Source of the DNA: an uncultured Thermoleophilia bacterium
Lineage (GTDB): Bacteria; Actinomycetota; Thermoleophilia; UBA2241
Reading direction: 5' to 3'
NCBI GenBank assembly: GCA_963790185.1
Contig: CAWBNR010000007.1
Span: 105,698 to 169,697 of the forward strand
DNA: 64,000 bases
Below are positions 30,679 to 40,984 of this stretch, in pieces. Position 1 is the stretch's first letter. Each line of letters starts with the position of its first letter. The notes beneath the pieces are model-generated. The model made no database searches and had not been told where the DNA came from. It worked only from the letters and a program-made list of their open reading frames with translations. A program made the position numbers and the translations under genes.

Positions 30679-31358
30679 ACCGGCTTCGCCTCCTCCCTGA
30701 CCATCTTGCGCGGGCCGCCGGAGCTGCTCTTGCTCCAGTCCTTCGGCGGCCGCTCGGCGAAGAACAGCTCCTCGCGGCCCTGCGCCTTGAGGCGCTCCCA
30801 GATGAGGGCCCAGGCGCAGTCGATCTCTTCCTTGTTCGGACCGGTGACCTCGCACTTGCCGTCGTGCGAGCCGCCGCAGGGGCCGTTCATGAGGCTCTTG
30901 CTGCAGCGCACGACGGGGCAGATGCCGCCGGTGAGGCCGATGCGGCACTCGCCGCAGGCGGCGCAGCGCTCGAGCCAGACCGCGTGCTCCTGCGGCATGC
31001 CCAGCATGTTGGTGTTGACGGCCGGCATGACGAGCTTCGGCTCGAACTTCTCGGCCATGCTCTGGATGCCGATGCCGCAGGCCATGCTGAGCACGACGTC
31101 GGCGTCCTCGACCTTGTCGGCGATCATGTCGAGGTACTCCCACTCGCACTGGCGGATCGCGGCGGTGTGCTCGACCTCGACCTCGCGCCCGTCGGCCTGC
31201 GCCTTCATGCGCAGCTCGCTGGCGAGGATCTCGGCCTCCTTCTCGCCGCCGGTGAGGCAGATGGCGACGCAGGTGTCGCAGCCGGCGACGAGGATCTTCT
31301 TCTGTCCGTCGACGAGGTCGAGGATCTCGTCGAACGGCTTGCGTTCAGCGGTGATCAT
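30675..31358 (-). CDS. metV: MetV (MTHFR small Fe-S/Zn subunit)
   Basis: MITAERKP..EI, GC..C...C..GG, RQCE, ACG.G.Q, CAACGEC, CP..RCSKSL.NGPCGG, CAW. Confidence 0.9.
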   Translation of the reverse strand: MITAERKPFDEILDLVDGQKKILVAGCDTCVAICLTGGEKEAEILASELRMKAQADGREVEVEHTAAIRQCEWEYLDMIADKVEDADVVLSMACGIGIQSMAEKFEPKLVMPAVNTNMLGMPQEHAVWLERCAACGECRIGLTGGICPVVRCSKSLMNGPCGGSHDGKCEVTGPNKEEIDCAWALIWERLKAQGREELFFAERPPKDWSKSSSGGPRKMVREEAKPV

Positions 31359-31981
31359 TCGGCGGGTCCCTTCTCGGTGGTGGCGTCGGGAGATCCGGGG
31401 GCGGCCGCGACGGCTGGCGCCTCGTCGGGCATGGCGACGTCGCTGGCGGCCTCGCGGGCCGCGGCGTGCGGCGAGACGCCGTGGCGCCGCAGCGGGTTCG
31501 GCCCGAGACGCTTGATGCGGTCGGTGAACTCGGTCGCGACGCTCGGCGAACTCGGCGCCCATCGCCGACGACATGTTGTACATCTCCACGCGCTCGGGCT
31601 CGACGCCGACCTCGGCGAGGAGCTTCTTGACGTAGGCTCGATGCGCTTGCGTGCCCAGAGGTTGCCCTTGAGGTAGTGGCACTCGCCCTCGAGGCAGCCG
31701 GCGGCGTAGACGCCGTCGGCGCCGGCCTCGAGCGCGCGCAGCAGATGGATGACCTCGAGCTTGCCGGTGCAGGGCAGCTTGATCATGCGGATGTTCGACG
31801 GGTACTGCAGGCGCATGCTGCCGGCCAGGTCGGCGGCCGCGTAGGCGCAGTAGTGACAGGCGAAGACGATGATCTCGGGCTCGAAGTCGGGGTCGACCGG
31901 CTTCTTCGGCGCCTCGACGGCTGCGCTCGGCCCTCGGCGTCGTCTCCGGAGCCGCGACGACCGCGTCGGGTCGTCGGCCAT
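31355..31981 (-). CDS. mvhD: MvhD/FlpD [2Fe-2S] subunit (frameshifted)
   Basis: FACHYCAYAAADLAG, PCTGK, GADGV...GC.EGECHY..GN, ERV.MYNMSS. Confidence 0.9.
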   Translation of the reverse strand: MADDPTRSSRLRRRRRGPSAAVEAPKKPVDPDFEPEIIVFACHYCAYAAADLAGSMRLQYPSNIRMIKLPCTGKLEVIHLLRALEAGADGVYAAGCLEGECHYLKGNLWARKRIEPTSRSSSPRSASSPSAWRCTTCRRRWAPSSPSVATEFTDRIKRLGPNPLRRHGVSPHAAAREAASDVAMPDEAPAVAAAPGSPDATTEKGPAE

Positions 31982-31987
31982 CTCAGC

Positions 31988-34900
31988 TCACCTCCATGAA
32001 GAGCGCCTCTTCCTTGGCGAAGATCTGCGTCGTCGGTGTAGTGGTGCAGGGTGATCGCCTTGACCGGGCACTCGCTGACGCAGATGCCGCAGCCCTGGCA
32101 GGCGGCCGCCTCGATCTTGGCCTTCTTGGTGTCGGCCTCGATGATCGGCACCTCGTAGGGGCAGACGCGCACGCAGGTGAGGCAGGCGGCGCACTTGTCC
32201 TGGTCGACCTCGGCGACGACGCCGCCGGCTTTGAGGGCCGGCTTGGCCAGGATGGCCGCGGCCCGTCCGGCGGCGGCGTAGGCCTGGCTGATCGTCTCGT
32301 CGATGCTCTTCGGGTAGTGCGCCGCGCCGCAGAGGAAGATGCCCTCGCTGGCGAAGTCGACGGGGCGCAGCTTGACGTGCGCCTCGAGGAAGAAGCCGTC
32401 GGCGGTGAGCGGCACCTTGAGGAGCTTGCAGAGCTCCTCGACGCCGTCGGCCGGCACGGCCGGCGTGGCCAGCACGAGCAGGTCGAGCGGCAGCGTCATG
32501 TCGCGGTGCCAGGTACGGGTCGCGGTAGGCGACCTCGACCTGGCCGTTGGCGCTCACGGCCGGCTTCGAGGCGCTCGTCGTAGCGCGTGAAGATCGACGC
32601 CCAGCTCGCGCGCCTTCGTGTAGTACTCCTCGAGGAGGCCGAAGGTGCGGACCTCCTTGAACCACACGTAGACGGGACGCTCGGGGTCGCGTCTCCTTGA
32701 GGGCGATGGCGTTCTTGATGCTCTGCTGGCAGCAGGTGCGCGAGCAGTAGGGCTTGTTCTCGTCGAGCGAGCCGGCGCAGAGGACGAAGCCGACGGCGCC
32801 GGCCGCGTCGAGCGCCGGGTCGTCGTCCTTGAGCATGCGCTCGAGGTCCATGCCGGTGACGACCTTCGGCGCTCTGCGCCGAGGCCGTAGAGCTCGGGGC
32901 GCTCCTCCTGCGAGCCGGTCGCGACGATGACGACGCCGTGGTCGACCGGTGCGTCGCGCTTGCCGTCCTCCGGCCCTGACGACGCTCGAGAAGTTGCCGA
33001 TGAAGCCGTGGAAGTCGGCCAGCTCGGCTCTCGAGGTGGATCTTGCACGTTCGGGTTGTCGATGAGCCGCTGCTCGAGCTCGGCGACGAGCGCGGCCGGG
33101 TCGCCGCCGCGGATCGTGCGGCCGAGCTCGAGGACGTGGCCGCCGAGCCTCGGGCCGCGCTCGACGAGGTGCACCTCGTGGCCCATCTCGCCGAGCGCGA
33201 GCGGCGGCCGTCATGCCGGCGACGCCGCCGCCGATGACGAGGGCGGCGTGGGTGAGCGGCACGTCGACCTTGTAGAGCGGCTCGAGCAGCCGGGCCCGGG
33301 CGACCGACATGCGGACCAGGTCCTTGGCCTTGTCGGTCGCCTTCTCGGGCTCGTCCGGCGTGCACCCACGACGCCTGGTCGCGGATGTTGGCCATCTCGA
33401 AGAGGAACGGGTTGAGCCCGGCCTCGCGGAGCGTGTCCTGGAAGATCGGCTCGTGCGTGCGCGGCGTGCAGCTCGCGACGACGACGCGGTTGAGGCTCGT
33501 CCTTCTCGATCGTCTCGCGGATGAGCTGCGAGCGAGTCGCTCGAGCACGTGTACAGCGTGTCGGTCGCGTAGACCGACGCCGGGCAGCGTGCTGGGCGTA
33601 CTCGGCGACGCCCTCGACGTCGATCACGCCGGCGATGTTGGAGCCGCAGTGGCAGACGAAGACGCCGATGCGCGGCGTCCTCGCCGGTGACGTCGCGTCT
33701 CGGCCGGGTACTCCTTCTCGACCGTGAGCGTGCCGCGCGAGTCGGCGAGGCCGGTCATCACCTGGGCCGCCGCGGCCGAGGCCTGGGCGACCGAGTCGGG
33801 GATGTCCTTGGGCTCGCCGAACGGACCGACGACGAAGACGCCCTCGCGGCTCGTCTCCAGCGGCTCGAACTCGTCGAGCTGGCAGAAGCCGTGCCGGTTG
33901 AGCTCGATGCCGAGGTGGCCGGCCGCCTCCTGCGCCTTGCGCGCAGGCTCGAGGCCGACCGAGAGCACGACCATGTCGTACTCGCTCGGTCTGCAGCCGC
34001 CGCTCTCGTCCTCCCAGCTGATCAGCAGGTTCTTCGTCGCGCGGGTCTTCCTTGATCGTCGAGGGGCGCGAGCGGATGAAGCTCACGCCGCGGCTCGAGG
34101 GCGCGCTGGTAGAAGGCGTCGAAGCCCTTGCCCTGGGCGCGCATGTCCATGAGGAAGACCTCGGACTCGGCGTCGGGCACGTGGTCCATGGTGAGCATCG
34201 CCTGCTTGGTCGGCGTACATGCAGCAGACGCTCGAGCAGTACTCGTGCTCCTGGTCGCGCGAGCCGACGCACTGGATGAAGGCGATCCGCTTCGGGTGCT
34301 CGTCGTCGGACGGGCGCTTCACGTCGCCGATCGTCGGACCGGAGGCGCTCAGCATGCGCTCGTACTCGAGCGCGCTCAGGACGTTGGGGTAGCGCCGATA
34401 GCCGTACTCGCTCTTCGCGCCCGGGTCGTAGGCGTCGAAGCCGGTCGCCAGGACGACCGCGCCGACGTCGACCTCGAACTCGCGGTCGCGCTCCTCGTGG
34501 AGCAGAGCGCCCGGCCCGCAGGCGCGCACGCACTCCATGCACTCGGAGCAGACGGCGCACTGGAGGCAGCGCTTCGCCTCGGCGACCGCCTGCTCCTCGG
34601 TGAAGCCCTTGCGCACCTCGACCCAGCGTGCGGCGCCGCTCGGCGCCGTCGTGTTCGGGCATGCGGCACGCGGCGTCGGGCGCTCGTCGCGGCGAGGACC
34701 TCGTCGTCGGGCCGAGCCTCGGGGAGGGAGTCCGTCCCAGAGCGGCACGAGCTTCTCGCCGCGCAGGTGGTTGTGGATGGCGGCCGCGGCCTTGCCGGCC
34801 GGCGGCGATCGCCTCGATCGCGGTCAGCGGGCGCCGTCGGCGCGACGTCGCCGCCGGCGAACACGCCGGGGCGGCCCGTGGCGCCGGTGTCGGCGTCGAT

Positions 34901-36484
34901 CGACGATCTGGCCGCGCTCGATCTCGACGCCCGTCGAGCCTCTCGAGCGAAGTCGTCGACCATCGCTCTGGCCGATGGCGAAGATGACCGTGTCGCAGGC
35001 GAGCTCGATGAACGGCGTCCGGCGATCGGCACCGGGCGGCCGCCAGCCCTCTCGTCGGGCTCGCCGAGCGTGCATGCGCTGGAGCCTGATCGCCGCCGAC
35101 CTTGCCGTCGGCGCCGAGGATCTCGACGGGCATGCGACGAGGTACTCGATGAGTGAGCTGCTCGTCGAGGCCCTCCGTCGATCTCCTCGGGAGGCGGGCA
35201 TCGTCCTCGGCGTGCGTCCGTAGGCGATGTCAGTTGGTGACTGACCTGCTGTGGCGCCGAGGCGCAGGGCGGTGCGCGCCGGCGTCGAAGGCCACGTCGC
35301 CGCCGCCGATGACCACGACGCGTTCTTGCCGACTCGGCAGCGGCGTCGCCGAGGTTCGCCTGTGCGCAGGAACTCGACCGCGTTGAGGCAACCGTCGAGG
35401 TCGTCGGCGCCGACGGGCGCCGGCAGCGTTGCCGCTCTGCAGGCCGACGGCGAGGTAGACGGCCTTGTAGCCGTCGTTCAGCAGGCCGTCGACCGTGAAG
35501 TCGACGCCGGCGCGCTGGTTGAGGCGCAGGTCGACGCCGAGGGCGACGATGCGGTCGATCTCCCGCTGCAGGGCCTCGCGCGGCAGGCGGTGACTCGGGG
35601 ATGCCGACGCGCAGCATGCCGCCGGCGACCGGCAGCGCTCTCGAACACGGTGGTCGCGTAGCCGAGCAGGGCCAGGTCGCGGGCGCAGTGAGAGCCCGGA
35701 CGGGCCGGCGCCGATGATGGCGACCTTCTCCTCGTAGTGACGCGGCAGCTTCTCGGGCAGAGGCTCGGTCGCGGCCGGCGACGTCGCAGACGAAGCGCTT
35801 GAGGCTGGCGATGGCGATCGGGTCGTCGACCGACGCCGCGCGTGCAGTCCGTCTCGCAGGGGTGCGCGCAGACGCGGCCGCAGACCGACGGGAAGGGGTT
35901 GGGCTCGGCGGCGACACGGTAGGCGTCTTCGAAGCGACCCTCGGCGATGAGGGCGATGTAGCCCTGGGCCGATGTCTCGACGGCGCAGGCGCTCTTGCAG
36001 GGGGCGTAGCCCTTCTTGTCGACCACGTAGGTGTTGGGGATCGCCTGCGGGTAGAGCTTGTAGATCGCCGTGCGCTCGCCGAGCTCCTCGTTGTACTGGT
36101 CCTTGACCTTGACCGGGCACACCGGGACGCACTCGCCGCAGCTCGTGCACTTGTCGGGGTCGACGTAGCGGGCGTGGTGATGGACCTTGGCGGTGAAGTG
36201 ACCGGGCTCGCCCTCGAGCCCGATCGAGCTCCGAGTTGGTGACGATGTCGATGTTCGAGGTGGCGGCCGGCCTCGACCAGCTTCGGCGCCAGGGTGCACA
36301 TCGAGCAGTCGTTGGTGGGGAAGGTCTTGTCGAGCTGGGCCATGTGGCCGCCCAGGGCCGGCGCCTTCTCGACGAGGTGGACCTTGTAGCCGCCTTCGGC
36401 GAGGTCGAGGGCGCACTGGATGCCCGCGACGCCGCCGCCGCAGACGAGGGCGGCACCGGTGGACTTGGGGGGCGGACCCGGCAT
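31988..36484 (-). CDS. hdrA: Large HdrA (HdrL-type) with inserted GltD/NfnB-like NAD(P)-binding module (many frameshifts)
   Basis: [19 protein letters not shown]; [45 protein letters not shown]; [70 protein letters not shown]. Confidence 0.88.
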
Positions 36485-36712
36485 AGGCGGACTCCTTCGA
36501 CGAGCGAGTGGCTTATACAGGAACGTGGGCGACCACAGACTCCACGACCCACTGGGATTCGAAGGCAGTATAGCCGAGCGCTCGCGCACGCGTCCACAAG
36601 CGTACGCCCTTCCGGTGCGGCCTCGTCAAAGGGTTTGGTGTCCGCTGAAACTCATATGAATGCGGACTCAGGGAGGGCGCCGGCCAGGCTGATCGCGCAG
36701 CCGGCGCCCGCG

Positions 36713-37256
36713 TCATCGTGAGCCCGGCGCCCGCCCCAGCGTCGTGAGGTAGAGGACGGTCTCCTCGGGGCCCTCCAGGCCGACGAGCGCGTCGGCTTCA
36801 TCGTCGTAGATCGCCGCGATGTGACAGCTCTCCAGGCCCAGCGCGGCGGCGGCGAGGGCCAGGTTCTCGGCGACGTGGCCGACGTCGATGTACACGTCAC
36901 GATGGCCGCGCTGGCCGTACTTCCACAAGGTGCGCCGGAGGACGGCCGACCACACGACGAGGCAGTCGCAGAGCCCCGCGATCGACTGGTCGAGCGCGGC
37001 CGCGCCCGCACGACGCCGCAGCGTCGCGGCCGGCGCCGTCTCGAGCTGCTCGAGGGCATGGTCGAGGACGGCGTAGTGGTACACGCCCGGCTCGAGGCCG
37101 GCCACGCGGTGGGCGACGAGGTAGGTCTCGATGGGGTAGAGGCCGCCGGCGGAGGGAGGGCCACTCGCGCCGCGCCGACCAGTCGAGCCACCTGCCCGGC
37201 AGTTCGCCGCGCACGTAACGCGTCTGCCGCTGGAACTCGTCGCCGATGCCCGTCAC
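36713..37256 (-). CDS. SagB/ThcOx-like nitroreductase family protein (frameshifted, seems short)
   Basis: PSAGGLYPIETY, GLEPGVYHY, KYGQRG.R...ID.GH.AEN..LAA. Confidence 0.75.
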
Positions 37257-37465
37257 GTCTCCGCCTCGTCGCCCGCTGTCGATGAGCTACCCGCCGCGCG
37301 CCTTTGCCAGTCACGCGCCCGACAGGGCGGCCAACGGCGCCCGTCGATTTGGCCGCCGCGTCGGGGTCGTCTGCGCTCTTCTCGGCCCGAACGCATCTGG
37401 TACTGTTGCGCCGCACCCCGTATTCCATTGTCAACATCAGCACGAGCCGAAGGGTGGTCGATAGC

Positions 37466-38749
37466 ATGGGTGTGAAGGAACAGTATCGTGACTATGTCAT
37501 GACCGGTTTCGTCAAGCGCGTCGAGCCGGTGGTCGCGGACCACGGCGACGGGGCGCTGCTCTACGACGCCGACGGCACCGAGTACATCGACTGTTTCGCC
37601 GGCATCAGCGTGACCAACGCCGGTCACCACAACCTCAAGGTCCTCGAGGCTGCCAAGGCCCAGGCCGACAAGCTCGTCCACGCCTGCTCGTACGTGTACC
37701 ACGTGCCGAGCGTCGGCGCCCTGGCCGAGAAGCTCGCCCAGATCACCCCGGGCGCGCTGCAGAAGAGCTTCTTCGGCAACGGCGGCGCTGAGGCCATCGA
37801 AGGCGCCTTCCGTCTCGCCAAGCGCTACAGCGGCAAGAACGAGTTCCTGGCCATCGAGTCGAGCTTCCACGGCCGTTCGTACGCGACGCTGTCGGTGACC
37901 GGCAACTCGGGGCGCAAGAAGGGTGGCGGCCCGTACATGCCGGGCGTCGCTTTCGTCCCCACGCCGTACTGCTACCGCTGCTTCGCCGAGACCACGCCCG
38001 ACAAGTGCGACCTGCTCTGCGCGCGCCGCGTCGGCGAGATCGCCCGCCTGCACCTCTCGGGCAGCGTCTGCGCCTTCATCGCCGAGCCGGTGATGGGCGA
38101 GGGCGGCATCATCGTCCCGCCCGACGGCTACTTCAAGCGCGTCAAGGAGATCCTCGACGAAGAGGGCATCCTCTTCATCGCCGACGAGGTCCAGAGCGGC
38201 TTCGGGCGCACCGGCAAGATGTTCGCGATCGAGCACTTCGGCGTCGAGCCGGACATCATGACGATGGCCAAGGGCATCGCCGACGGCTGGCCGCTCTCGG
38301 CCTTCATCGCCCGGCCCGAGATCGCCGACGCCTTCCAGATCGGCGACCACCTCAGCACCTTCGGCGGCAACCCGGTGAGCTGTGCCGCCGCGCTGGCCAA
38401 CATCGACTTCCTGATGGACGGGGTCGTCGAGGCGTCGGCCAAGAAGGGCGCCGACCTCATGGCGCGCTTCCGAGAGCTGCAGAAGAGCCAGCCGCTGATC
38501 GGCGAGGTGCGCGGCAAGGGTCTCATGATCGGCGTCGAGCTGATCGCCGATCCCAAGACAAAGGCCTACGGCACGGCCGCCGCCGGCTTCGTCCGTCAGT
38601 ACTGCCTCGAGCACAACGTGCTCATCGGGGTGGGCGGCAACTTCGGCAGCGTGCTGCGCGTGCAGCCGCCGCTCGTCATCGACGAGGCGCAGATCGACAC
38701 CGTGTTCGCGACCGTCGTGGACGCCCTGGAGGCCTTCGCGAAGCAGTGA
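37466..38749 (+). CDS. Class III PLP aminotransferase (GabT/putrescine aminotransferase-like)
   Basis: YIDCFAGI, NGGAEA.E, SFHGR, EPV.GEGG, FIADEVQSGFGRTG, MAKGIA.G.P, STFGGNP, VRGKGLMIG. Confidence 0.92.
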   Translation: MGVKEQYRDYVMTGFVKRVEPVVADHGDGALLYDADGTEYIDCFAGISVTNAGHHNLKVLEAAKAQADKLVHACSYVYHVPSVGALAEKLAQITPGALQKSFFGNGGAEAIEGAFRLAKRYSGKNEFLAIESSFHGRSYATLSVTGNSGRKKGGGPYMPGVAFVPTPYCYRCFAETTPDKCDLLCARRVGEIARLHLSGSVCAFIAEPVMGEGGIIVPPDGYFKRVKEILDEEGILFIADEVQSGFGRTGKMFAIEHFGVEPDIMTMAKGIADGWPLSAFIARPEIADAFQIGDHLSTFGGNPVSCAAALANIDFLMDGVVEASAKKGADLMARFRELQKSQPLIGEVRGKGLMIGVELIADPKTKAYGTAAAGFVRQYCLEHNVLIGVGGNFGSVLRVQPPLVIDEAQIDTVFATVVDALEAFAKQ

Positions 38750-38795
38750 GGATCGGTCGACGGTGGGCTCGCCCGCGGTCGGCCTTCACACACAG

Positions 38796-38857
38796 GCGCA
38801 AGGGGCCCCGGGCGCGTGAGCGCCCGGGGCCCCTTGCGCGCCCGGGGCCCCTTGCGC
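38796..38857 (+). terminator. Hairpin with tandemly duplicated 3' arm
   Basis: GCGCAAGGGGCCCCGGGCGC-gtga-GCGCCCGGGGCCCCTTGCGC, then an 18-bp copy GCCCGGGGCCCCTTGCGC. Confidence 0.65.
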
Positions 38858-39087
38858 GCCCAGCCTCTGGCCGCCCGCGTCGGAGCAGCCGTCGCCTCTG
38901 GCCGCACTCGATCACCTGCCTGGAGCACGGTGGCCCCTCGCCCTCTGCGCTTCGCTTCATAGGGGACTGGGGAACAATGGCGAACGACACGCCATGACGG
39001 CAACGCCGCCGGCCCTCCATCGGGTCGAGGGCTATCGCGGCTCGAAGACGTGGCGCTGAACCGGCGGACGGCGATGAAAGGGGCCCG

Positions 39088-39324
39088 ATGACCGAACGAT
39101 CTGAGCGCAGACCACGCACGAAGGTGCACTACGGCAGGCTGATCGCCGCTGTCGGGATCGTCGCGATCATCCTGATCTTCGTCATCCAGAACACCGCGTC
39201 GACCGCCTTCACGTTCCTCTTCTGGGGCTTCGACACCCCGCTGTGGTCGATGCTGGTCATGGTGCTGGCCATCGGCGTCGCTGTGGGCTGGGCCCTGACG
39301 GCGTCCCGGGGCCGCCGCCGCTGA
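39088..39324 (+). CDS. LapA/DUF1049 family small membrane protein
   Basis: IFVIQNT.....FLFW....PLW......L..G. Confidence 0.8.
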   Translation: MTERSERRPRTKVHYGRLIAAVGIVAIILIFVIQNTASTAFTFLFWGFDTPLWSMLVMVLAIGVAVGWALTASRGRRR

Positions 39325-39342
39325 GGCGCGGGGCGGCGGGCC

Positions 39343-39396
39343 GACGGGGACGGGCGGCGGCGCTCCCGACCGGGAGCGCCGCCGCCCGTCCCCGTC
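39343..39396. terminator. 26-bp perfect inverted repeat between convergent genes
   Basis: GACGGGGACGGGCGGCGGCGCTCCCG-ac-CGGGAGCGCCGCCGCCCGTCCCCGTC. Confidence 0.7.
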
Positions 39397-39470
39397 TCGG
39401 CAGTGCCCTCCACTCGGCGGCGCGCGACGACGTACGCGGACCGTGCGCCGCCTCAGACGGCTGGTCTCGC

Positions 39471-40082
39471 TCAGCCCCGCTCGCGCCGCCGGTCGCGGCC
39501 GAGCCTTCTCATCGCGAGCGCCTGTGCGCCGGCGAAGAGGCCCCAGAGCAGGGAGTCGACGCCGAGAATGACGGCGAGCGCGAACACGGTGAGGCCGGGG
39601 TACACCATCGCGATGAACCCGACGATCGCGCTCGCGACGCCGCCTGCCAGCTGCCAGATCCAGCCTTCACCGCGTGCAAGGAGGACGACGAGTACGCGCG
39701 CTCCGCCCCACACGACGAAGGAGATGCCGAGCAGCAGGGCCAACGTGCGGAGGGTCACTCCGGGCCAGCTCAGGGCCGCGATGCCACCAGCGACGGCGAG
39801 GAGTCCCATGAGCGCCGACAGCCACCGTGGCCGGATGCAGGAGGCGCTCGTCAGGTCGACGATGCCCGCGTAGAGCAAGAAGAAGCCGGCGAGCCAGACG
39901 AGGGTGACGAGACCGGCGAAGACGTTGCTCAGGACGATGACGCCGAAGATCGCGGAGACGATACCGGCGAGCAGGTACGGCAGCCAGACGCGGCCGGCGA
40001 GCTCGGCGGCCGCGTCAGCGGCCCGTGCCTCGGAGGCGCCGCTGAGCGCCGCGAGGTCGCTGTGGGATGGGTCTGCGCTCAT
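39471..40082 (-). CDS. HdeD/DUF308 family membrane protein
   Basis: Six TM helices in two repeats (G.VSAIFG...L; WPG.TL..L; YPG.T). Confidence 0.8.
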   Translation of the reverse strand: MSADPSHSDLAALSGASEARAADAAAELAGRVWLPYLLAGIVSAIFGVIVLSNVFAGLVTLVWLAGFFLLYAGIVDLTSASCIRPRWLSALMGLLAVAGGIAALSWPGVTLRTLALLLGISFVVWGGARVLVVLLARGEGWIWQLAGGVASAIVGFIAMVYPGLTVFALAVILGVDSLLWGLFAGAQALAMRRLGRDRRRERG

Positions 40083-40297
40083 GTCGTCCCTTCAGGGCGG
40101 CCGTTGTGGTGACGGCGTGGTCACTACCATCACGGTGGAAGCTGCAAACCTCGGCGCTCGACGGGCGGCTCGCCGGCGCCGCGCCGCCCGCGGGCCCGGT
40201 GCCTGCGCCGTCGCCGTCCCGTATCATCTGTGCCATGGGCGCCTCTGGAACAGCACGCTCGCCCGGCGGTCGCGGGCGCGAAGGCCGGCGGCAACAG

Positions 40298-40951
40298 ATG
40301 AAGCGCGTCGTTCGTCTGCTCGACGAGGTCTACGGCCGGCCGGCGCTGACGCCGCGTCTCCCTCCCGTGGACGAGCTCGTCTACACGGTCCTCTCGCAGA
40401 ACACGGCCGACGTCAACACCGACCGCGCTTTCGCCGCGCTCAGACGGCGCTTCCCTGAGTGGAGCGCCGTCCGCGACGCGCCCGTCGAAGACATCGTCGA
40501 GGCCATCCGGCCGGGCGGACTGGCGGCCACCAAGGGGCCGCGCATCAAGACGATCCTCGCGGCCGTCGGCTCGCCGCGCGAGGGGGCCGAGCCCGACCTC
40601 GGCGCCCTCGACGGCCTCGACGACGATGCCGCCGGCGCGTGGCTGGAGGCTCTTCCCGGCGTCGGCCCGAAGACGGCCGCCTGCGTGCTGCTCTTCTCGC
40701 TCGGCCGGCCGGTCATGCCGGTCGACACGCACGTGCATCGGGTGGCGCGCCGCCTCGGGCTGATCGACGCCGGGACCACTGCGGAGCAGGCGCACCCCGT
40801 GCTGACGGATCTTGCGGGGCCGGAGGCGGCGCAGATCTACGCCGCGCACGTGGGTCTCGTGCGGCACGGCCGTCGCGTCTGTCACGCACGCCGGCCGCGC
40901 TGCGGGGACTGTGCGCTGGCTCGACTCTGCCCCAGCGCGGACGTCGGCTGA
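40298..40951 (+). CDS. nth: Endonuclease III-like HhH-GPD DNA glycosylase
   Basis: LSQNT.D, LPGVGPKTAACVL, PVDTHV.RV, HGR.VC.AR.PRC..C.L...C. Confidence 0.88.
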   Translation: MKRVVRLLDEVYGRPALTPRLPPVDELVYTVLSQNTADVNTDRAFAALRRRFPEWSAVRDAPVEDIVEAIRPGGLAATKGPRIKTILAAVGSPREGAEPDLGALDGLDDDAAGAWLEALPGVGPKTAACVLLFSLGRPVMPVDTHVHRVARRLGLIDAGTTAEQAHPVLTDLAGPEAAQIYAAHVGLVRHGRRVCHARRPRCGDCALARLCPSADVG

Positions 40952-40984
40952 GGCCCGGGCGCCGGCCGGCGCCCGGGCGACGGC

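Noticed and set aside
31355-36484. Selenocysteine in MvhD or HdrA
   Set aside because: The usual Sec-prone positions I could read (CHYC, GCLEGECHY, SCTPRTH) are Cys codons.
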